Assembly: GCA_963777505.1 (NCBI GenBank)
Contig: CAVZQN010000004.1
Span: 704,001 to 768,000 of the forward strand
Source: an uncultured bacterium
GTDB taxonomy: Bacteria; Acidobacteriota; HRBIN11; JAKEFK01
Direction: 5' to 3'
Length of the DNA: 64,000 nt
Below are positions 57,658 to 64,000 of the stretch, piece after piece (positions within the stretch are counted from its first letter, which is position 1; each line of letters begins with the position of its first letter). A program made the translations under genes and the position numbers. Below the pieces are notes generated by a model. It was not told the DNA's origin and ran no database searches. It worked only from the letters and a program-made list of their open reading frames with translations.

Positions 57658-58050
57658 ATGTTCTGGATTGTCATAATTTTCGTTTTTCTGGTCTCAGTTT
57701 TTGCCTTTATTATTATCGCGCGAAAAGGCAGAGAACTGCGCCGTGCGCAACCTTTGCCGCCTCCTGCTAAGACAGGATTCCTGCGATGGGTCGATAATGG
57801 TAAAAATCTGGAAGAGCAGATCCATACGCCGTTTTATATCGGCCGAAAGCCGGATAGTAATGTCGTTATCAACAGCGTTCGCACAGATTATGAAGTTTGC
57901 ATTTTCTATCATAACGATCGATTTGCCTTTCAGACTCTCGATAAAGCCGGTGAAATTCTTCATAACGGAGAAGAAACATTAGCCGGCTATTTAGCCGATG
58001 GTGATGTTTTGAAAATCGGGGGACGAGATTTTTCTTTCCGATGTTTTTAG
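57658..58050 (+). CDS. Membrane-anchored FHA-like domain protein (degenerate)
   Basis: N-terminal TM helix; 'IGR.P.S.VVI', 'NG' and 'L.DGD...IG...F.F'; the S..H motif is not evident. Confidence 0.7.
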   Translation: MFWIVIIFVFLVSVFAFIIIARKGRELRRAQPLPPPAKTGFLRWVDNGKNLEEQIHTPFYIGRKPDSNVVINSVRTDYEVCIFYHNDRFAFQTLDKAGEILHNGEETLAGYLADGDVLKIGGRDFSFRCF

Positions 58051-58089
58051 TTAACCGCCATGACACGAAGCATGTATAATTCGCACAAT

Positions 58090-60527
58090 ATGAAAAATGC
58101 AATTTTGAGTTTAGTGTTCGTTCTCGCTTCATCAGTTTTATATGCTGAGAAACTGCCAACAATTGATGCCAAAGTTTCTTCAATGAAAAAGTATTCTGGC
58201 TTTTTTACATTTTATTGGGACGAACAACCGGGAAAATCTATTTAGAGATCGACAAATGGGAAAAAGAATTTATCTACATTAATGCCCTTCCTGCGGGAAT
58301 CGGATCCAATGACATCGGTTTGGACCGAGGTCAAATTGGTGAAAACAGAATCGTTTATTTTTGGCGCTCGGGCCCTCGTGTCCTTTTGATCCAGCCAAAT
58401 TATTCCTATCGAGCCAATACTTCTGATCCAGCTGAAAAACGTGCGGTGGATGAATCATTTGCGAAATCAGTTTTATGGGGATTTACATCCGTTTCCGAAC
58501 AAAACGGAAATGTGCTTGTTGATGCTACAGAGTTCTTTCTTCGTGATGCGCATCACGTTGTTGGTCAGTTAAAGGAAACAAAGCAAGGTACATTTGCATT
58601 GGAAGCTTCTCGTTCAGCAATTTATCTTCCGAACACAAAGAATTTTCCATTGAACACAGAAGTGGAAAGTATTTTGACATTTACAGGCAGCGAGCCTGGC
58701 GATTTTGTGAAACAGGTCGTTCCTTCTCCGCAAAATATTACAGTCCGGCAGCATCATTCATTCGTGAATTTACCGGAACCAGGATACACGCCGCGCGAAT
58801 TCGATCCGCGTGCCGGCTATTTTGGAATCACATTTATGGATTATGCAACTCCGGTTCAAGAATCAATTCGCAAACGCTGGATTTGCAGATATCGTTTGGA
58901 AAAGAAAGATCCTTCTGCTGCAGTCAGTGAAGCAGTAAAACCAATTGTGTACTATCTCGATTCTGGTACGCCGGAACCGATCCGGTCTGCTTTGCTTGAT
59001 GGTGCGCGGTGGTGGAATCAAGCATTTGAAGCGGCAGGATATCAAAACGCTTTTCGCGTTGAGATGCTTCCGGAAGGCGCCGACTTGCTGGATGTTCGAT
59101 ATAACGTGATTACATGGGTTCATCGCGCAACGCGCGGTTGGTCCTATGGAAATGTCGTTGCGGATCCTCGAACGGGTGAAATCATCAAAGGACATGTAAG
59201 TCTTGGATCTTTGCGCGTGCGTCAAGATTATCTGATTGCGGAAGGGCTGCTGGCTCCATATGAAAAAGGCAAACAACCCGATCCGGCTTTGTTGCAGATG
59301 GCGCTCTCACGCTTGAAGCAACTTTCAGCGCACGAAGTGGGACACACATTGGGCCTGAACCATAACTACATCGCAAGTACCAACAATAGAGCCTCGGTTA
59401 TGGATTATCCTCATCCGCTCGTATCTATAAAGGAAGATGGCTCATTGGATTTACAACAAGCGTATGCAATTGGTATGGGAGAGTGGGACAAAATTGCAAT
59501 CGCATATGGATATCAGGACTTTCCAAAAAATACGGATGAACGAAAAGAGCTTGATGCAATTCTACAAAACGGAATCGCTCGTAACGTCATTTTCTTAACC
59601 GATCAAGATGCGCGTCCAGACAATAGCTCCCATCCGCGAACTCATCTCTGGGACAACAATCCGGATGCAGTCACAGAATTGGATCGTGTTATGAAAATCC
59701 GTGAACGAGCCATTGGGAATTTTTCGGAAAAAAATATTCGCGAAGGCGCGCCATTATCTACTTTGGAAAATGCACTTGTACCGATGTATCTATTTCATCG
59801 CTATCAACTGATTTCTGCGGCTAAAGTGCTTGGAGGCCTGGATTATACATATGCGCTTCGCGGAGATAATCAAAAACCAGTCGAGATTGTGCCGGCTGAT
59901 GAGCAACGGCGTGCATTGAAATCGTTGCTTGCAACTCTGGATCCCCAGGCTCTTGCATTACCTGAGAACATTCTTAGATTAATTCCACCAACTCCTGATG
60001 GTTACGAACGCGATCGTGAACATTTTCAACTTCGAACTGCGCCTGCATTTGATCCGCTTTCCGCTGCAGAAACTGCGTCTACGATGACTGTGAATTTGAT
60101 TTTGAATCCTGAACGCGCGGCAAGATTGATTGAGTATCATGGAAGAGATAAGGCGTATCCCGGGTTCATTGAAGTCGTTGATGCGCTGATGAAATCAACA
60201 TGGAAAGCGCCTCATTCAACGGACTTAAATGGTGAAATCCGCCGCGCTGTTGATACGATTGTTCTGAACCGGCTGATGTGGCTTTCATCGAACGATCAAG
60301 CACGCAATCAAGTGCGCGCAATCGCAGCCTCACAGATTGAATCATTAAGGAAATGGATTGGTGGTCAACTGGCTGCAGTTTCGAATCTGGATCAAAAAGC
60401 GCATCTACAATTCTCGCTTTCCCAGATTGAACTTTTTAAGCAGGATCCAACGCGCGTAAAATTCACTGTGCCGGTTCAAACTCCTGCAGGTGCACCGATC
60501 GGTTCGTTGTGCTCTTTTGAGCCTTAA
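58090..60527 (+). CDS. Secreted zinc-dependent metalloprotease (EcxA/DUF4953-DUF5117 type), split by a 1-nt frameshift near 58228
   Basis: The signal peptide and 'GFF.FYWDE' lie in one frame, and 'TGKIYLEI...GLDRGQ' onward in the -1 frame; HEVGHTLGLNHN and SVMDY Met-turn. Confidence 0.88.
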
Positions 60528-61087
60528 CGTTTTGCCGACTTTCGTTCTGCTTTCGATTTGATCTTTCTCAAAATTTCACGCCGGATCAATCCGCTGAACG
60601 GTGCAATAACACGCCAATATTCGTTGAAAGACGAAATTGCACTGCCGTAACTTAACACTCTCGTTTCAGTAATGACATCGCACAATCCTGGTTTTTGTTC
60701 TTCAATCCTCAAGTTTAAAGCTGCTTTGCAGAAGCCATCTTTTTCGAAATTTAAGAATTCATCTAAACTGTGAATCTTTATCGGAACCGAAACTGGTTTC
60801 CAGAATTGCCCGATGATCCCGATTACAATTTCCCGGTTCTCAAGCTGCTTCAGTCTGTAGAATGCGTTCTCAGAAGTTGTGCTTGTTCTACTTTTTCGAA
60901 ATAAACGTGGCAAGCCGCGCAAAGCCATCAAAAGTTTTGTAAGTGCCCCAACAGGAAGTCCTTCATCAAGAACTCGATAGATCCGTTCAGGCGGAGCATT
61001 TACACGGATTGAATATTTTGCAGAAACATCATACTTGGGAAGAATTTCATCAAGAAGCTTATGTTGCAAGTGGTAACCTGAGCTCAC
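60524..61087 (-). CDS. Conserved hypothetical protein (DUF2867/SRPBCC-like; start uncertain)
   Basis: 'LDE.LP.YD', 'LM.LRG', 'G.IGQFWK', 'TETRV' and 'F..YW.VI.PFSGLIRR' pattern. Confidence 0.7.
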   Translation of the reverse strand: MSSGYHLQHKLLDEILPKYDVSAKYSIRVNAPPERIYRVLDEGLPVGALTKLLMALRGLPRLFRKSRTSTTSENAFYRLKQLENREIVIGIIGQFWKPVSVPIKIHSLDEFLNFEKDGFCKAALNLRIEEQKPGLCDVITETRVLSYGSAISSFNEYWRVIAPFSGLIRREILRKIKSKAERKSAKR

Positions 61088-61121
61088 AAGATTACAATAA
61101 TATATGTAATGGAGAAAAACA

Positions 61122-61763
61122 TTGTTTACACCAGAAGATGAAGTTGAAATTCGTAAACGTCTGGATGATGTTACAGAACCGGTAAAGATGATTTTATTTA
61201 CGCAAACGGATTGTGAAACTTGTGATGATACAGAAGCGTTGCTGAGTGAATTATCGAAGCTTTCAACAAAATTAATTTTTGAAGTCTACGATCTGCAAAA
61301 AGACCATGAAAAAGCAGAGCAATATAAAGTTACACGGGCACCTACGACGATTCTAGAGGGAGACCGTGATTATGGAATCCGTTTTTTGGGAATTCCTGCA
61401 GGTTATGAATTTGCAAGCGTACTGGAAGATATTGTATCGATTGGCAGGCGTCAATCAGGACTCAGTCCGGAGTCGCGGCAAAAGATTCAAGCAAATAAAA
61501 TTCCGGTAAATCTGAAGGTATTTGTCACACCTGGCTGACCACATTGCCCGTCAGCCGTTGTGCTGTCACATTGGATGGCGATGGAAAGTGATGTCATTAC
61601 TTCAGAAGCCATCGAAGCGACGGAATTTCCAGATCTTGCCAGGCAATATCGAGTTATGGCCGTTCCAAGAACGGTTATCAATGAACATGAAGTCATTGAA
61701 GGTGCTATTCCTGAATCAATGTTTGTAGATCGCGTATCTAGCTTCTCTGCGGTAAAGAAATAG
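61122..61763 (+). CDS. Protein disulfide oxidoreductase (two thioredoxin folds, AhpF-NTD/PDO type), predicted selenoprotein
   Basis: ORFs 61122-61538 and 61560-61763 are in the same frame. TGA 61536-61538 sits at the first Cys position of the second redox motif (FVTPG-U-PHC). CETC, GIPAGYEF and VMAVP are also present. Confidence 0.88.
61542..61583 (+). promoter_or_regulatory. Candidate bacterial SECIS hairpin
   Basis: CATTGCC pairs with GGCGATG, CCG with TGG and TGTG with CACA; apical loop about 24 nt after the UGA. Folded by eye only. Confidence 0.5.
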
Positions 61764-61804
61764 ACAACCGCCCGGTATTCTTGTAATGTGAGTTGTCGAA
61801 AATC

Positions 61805-61872
61805 GTAGGGGCAGCATTGAGCCGCCGAAAATTCTGGTCGCAATTGACGGGCGACCGCGAGAGTCACCCTAC
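61805..61872. repeat. Inverted pair of GTAG-type REP-like elements
   Basis: GTAGGGGCAGC...GCCGCC and GGGCGACC...GTCACCCTAC, related to 40231-40253. Confidence 0.6.
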
Positions 61873-61889
61873 CGCACGAACAAATCCCG

Positions 61890-64000
61890 ATGGCAATCGA
61901 AGCGGAACCGCTGCAAAAATCCGAGTTTCGCCCTTACGTCCCACCGAAGTTTCTTTACCTGAATTTACATGTCGTGCCGTTCTTTTGGGTGCGGTCTTAG
62001 GAATCGTATTCGGCGCAGCTTCGGTATATCTCGGGCTCAGAGTCGGCATCACAACATCTGCATCCATTCCAATCGCAGTCATGGCCATCACGATTCTAAA
62101 AGTGCTCGGCAAATCCTCAATCCTTGAGAACAACATTGTTCAAACAGTAGGTTCTGCAGGTGAATCCATCGCCGCAGCCGTTGTGTTTACAGTTCCTGCC
62201 TTGATCTTTCTTGGTTATGCGCTTGATCCAAAAATTACATTGTTAATCGCACTGACCGGTGGATTGCTTGGCGTGTTGATGATGATTCCTTTGCGCCGGT
62301 ATTTGATCGTGAAAGAGCACGGCAATTTACGCTTTCCGGAAGGAACTGCTTGCGCAGAAATTCTAAAAGCAGGTGAAGTGGGAGGCACAAGCGCTGCGAA
62401 AATTTTCAAAGGCATGGGAATCGGCGCACTCTTTAAAGCGCTTCCTTCATTATTCGGATTTTGGAAACCTTCGCCCGGGCGTGATCTTCCATTTTATAAA
62501 GGTTCCACAATCGCGATGGATGTGGCTCCTGAATTAATGGGAGTCGGTTACATCATTGGTTATCGTACTTCTTTGATTATGTGTGCCGGCGGACTGCTCT
62601 CTTCGTTTGTTCTGGGGCCGATTCTAGTATTTGCAGGCCAGAATGCCGCAAGTCCAATTTATCCTGGAACCAGCATTCTTCCTGAAATGGGGTTCGGTGA
62701 GGTTTGGCGCAGCTATATCCGTTATATCGGTGCTGGCGCTGTTGCGGCAGGTGGTGTTCTTGGGTTGTTCCGTGCAATGCCCGCTATCTGGGATTCGTTG
62801 AGTGCTTCATTCCGCCAGCTTACAGGTGAAGGAATTCGCGGCGGTGATCGCTCACTGATGCTTCGCACTGAACGCGATACTCCGCTTACAGTAGTAATTT
62901 TTGGTTCGCTGGCACTCGTAGTATTTATCTGGCTCTATCCCACATTTCGCGTGAATTTATTGGGTGCATTTTTAATCGTAATTTTTGGCTTTCTGTTTTC
63001 TGTTGTGTCCGCGCGTATCACAGGAATTGTCGGATCCTCATCCAGTCCGCTTTCAGGAATGACAATTGCCGTTCTGATGGCAACTTGTTTTCTTTTTCTT
63101 GCCTTCGATATGAAAGGCAGGGAATACACGTATCTTGCACTTGTTATTGGAGCCGTGATCTGCGTTTGTATCAGCAATGCTGGAACGACAGCACAGGATT
63201 TAAAAACCGGATTTCTTGTTGGTGCAACGCCGCGCGCTCAACAGCTTGGACTTCTGATTGGTGTGATTGCGTCCGCGAGTGTCGTTGGTTACACGATGCT
63301 TTTGTTAAATGAAAGCCAGACGAAAGAAACTCCTATCCCACCATTTAGTCCGCCCGCAATCGCCATGCAGCACGCTGAGGAAATCAAAGGTAAAGATGGT
63401 AAATATTATTTGCTTGCGAAAGTAACTGATGTAGAAGGTGTTGAACCCGGCAATTATCTCGTTGATAAAAACACCAGGATGGCTATAAAACGTCGAGTTG
63501 ATGGGATTGGAGGCAGAGAACTTGCTGCGCCTCAAGCAAATTTAATGTCCGTTCTCATTTCAGGTTTGCTTGAACAAAAACTTCCGTGGGATCTCATATT
63601 AATTGGAGTTTGTATCGCGTTATTTATTGAGTTAATGGGTGAACATTCCTTAACTTTTGCGGTAGGAGTCTATTTGCCGATTTCTTCAACGCTTCCAATT
63701 TATGTCGGTGGTTTGATCCGCAAAATGGCGGACCGTTCTTACAAACGCACGCCTGATGATGTGGAAGAAGCTGAAGGAACTCTTATGTCATCGGGTCTAA
63801 TCGCAGGCGGCGCGCTTGTCGGAGTGTTGGGTGCATTCCTGCACTTTGTTCCTGCCATGATGTTTGATGATGATAATACCGGTTTGCCGATGGCAATCGC
63901 TTTCGGATACAAATATCTCCGTTTCCTTTGGGATATGGATTTAGTTGCTGTGATTGCTTTTGCGTTTCTAGGTTTTCTCTTATTCCGCGGCGCCGCCCCA
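61890..64000 (+). CDS. OPT family oligopeptide transporter (runs off the window; 1-nt frameshift near 61944)
   Basis: MAIEAEPLQKSEFRPYVP, then the -1 frame EVSLPEFTCRAVLLG...YLGLRVG..SASIP...ENNIVQT.GSAGES...FPEGTACA...QDLKTG.LVGATP...APQANLM. Confidence 0.9.

Noticed and set aside
61536-61538. Genome-wide UGA reassignment (code 4 or 25)
   Set aside because: TGA terminates hisG, hisD-hisC and other genes at the expected ends, often in ATGA overlaps.
61890-62000. OPT transporter and sulfatase copy 3 (about 29758) as true pseudogenes
   Set aside because: Each has a single one-base break with otherwise intact sequence. Three such breaks in 64 kb point to sequencing or assembly indels, which cannot be settled without reads.

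Overview
A 64 kb bacterial chromosomal segment in the standard genetic code. The gene style (Oar-like TonB-dependent receptor, sulfatase-TPR paralogs, DUF4388 kinase, DUF1800/DUF1501) suggests Acidobacteriota, which is inference only. Housekeeping content: tRNA-Phe, tRNA-Glu, a full his operon led by a TrpR-like regulator with two palindromic operators and a HisD-HisC fusion, hsp20, panE, ileS-lspA, gltA and HU. The rest is mostly secreted or envelope genes. Main leads: (1) a ~170-aa C-terminal module shared by an S8 protease and a choice-of-anchor B protein, a candidate new sorting or anchor domain; (2) a GtrB-like GT2 / (GNSNDDD)17 acidic lipoprotein / GT-C cluster; (3) a TonB receptor with three Cys-Cys pairs followed by three Thr-nucleophile (TLPSH) sulfatase-fold/TPR proteins; (4) a hidden UxxC selenoprotein with a candidate SECIS; (5) a pseudo-receiver kinase beside an N-lobe-less membrane pseudokinase, with an FHA protein nearby. 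Three single-base frameshifts look like assembly errors. Several families of short intergenic palindromic repeats occur. No CRISPR array, integrase or transposase was seen. Family names come from motif recognition, not database searches.
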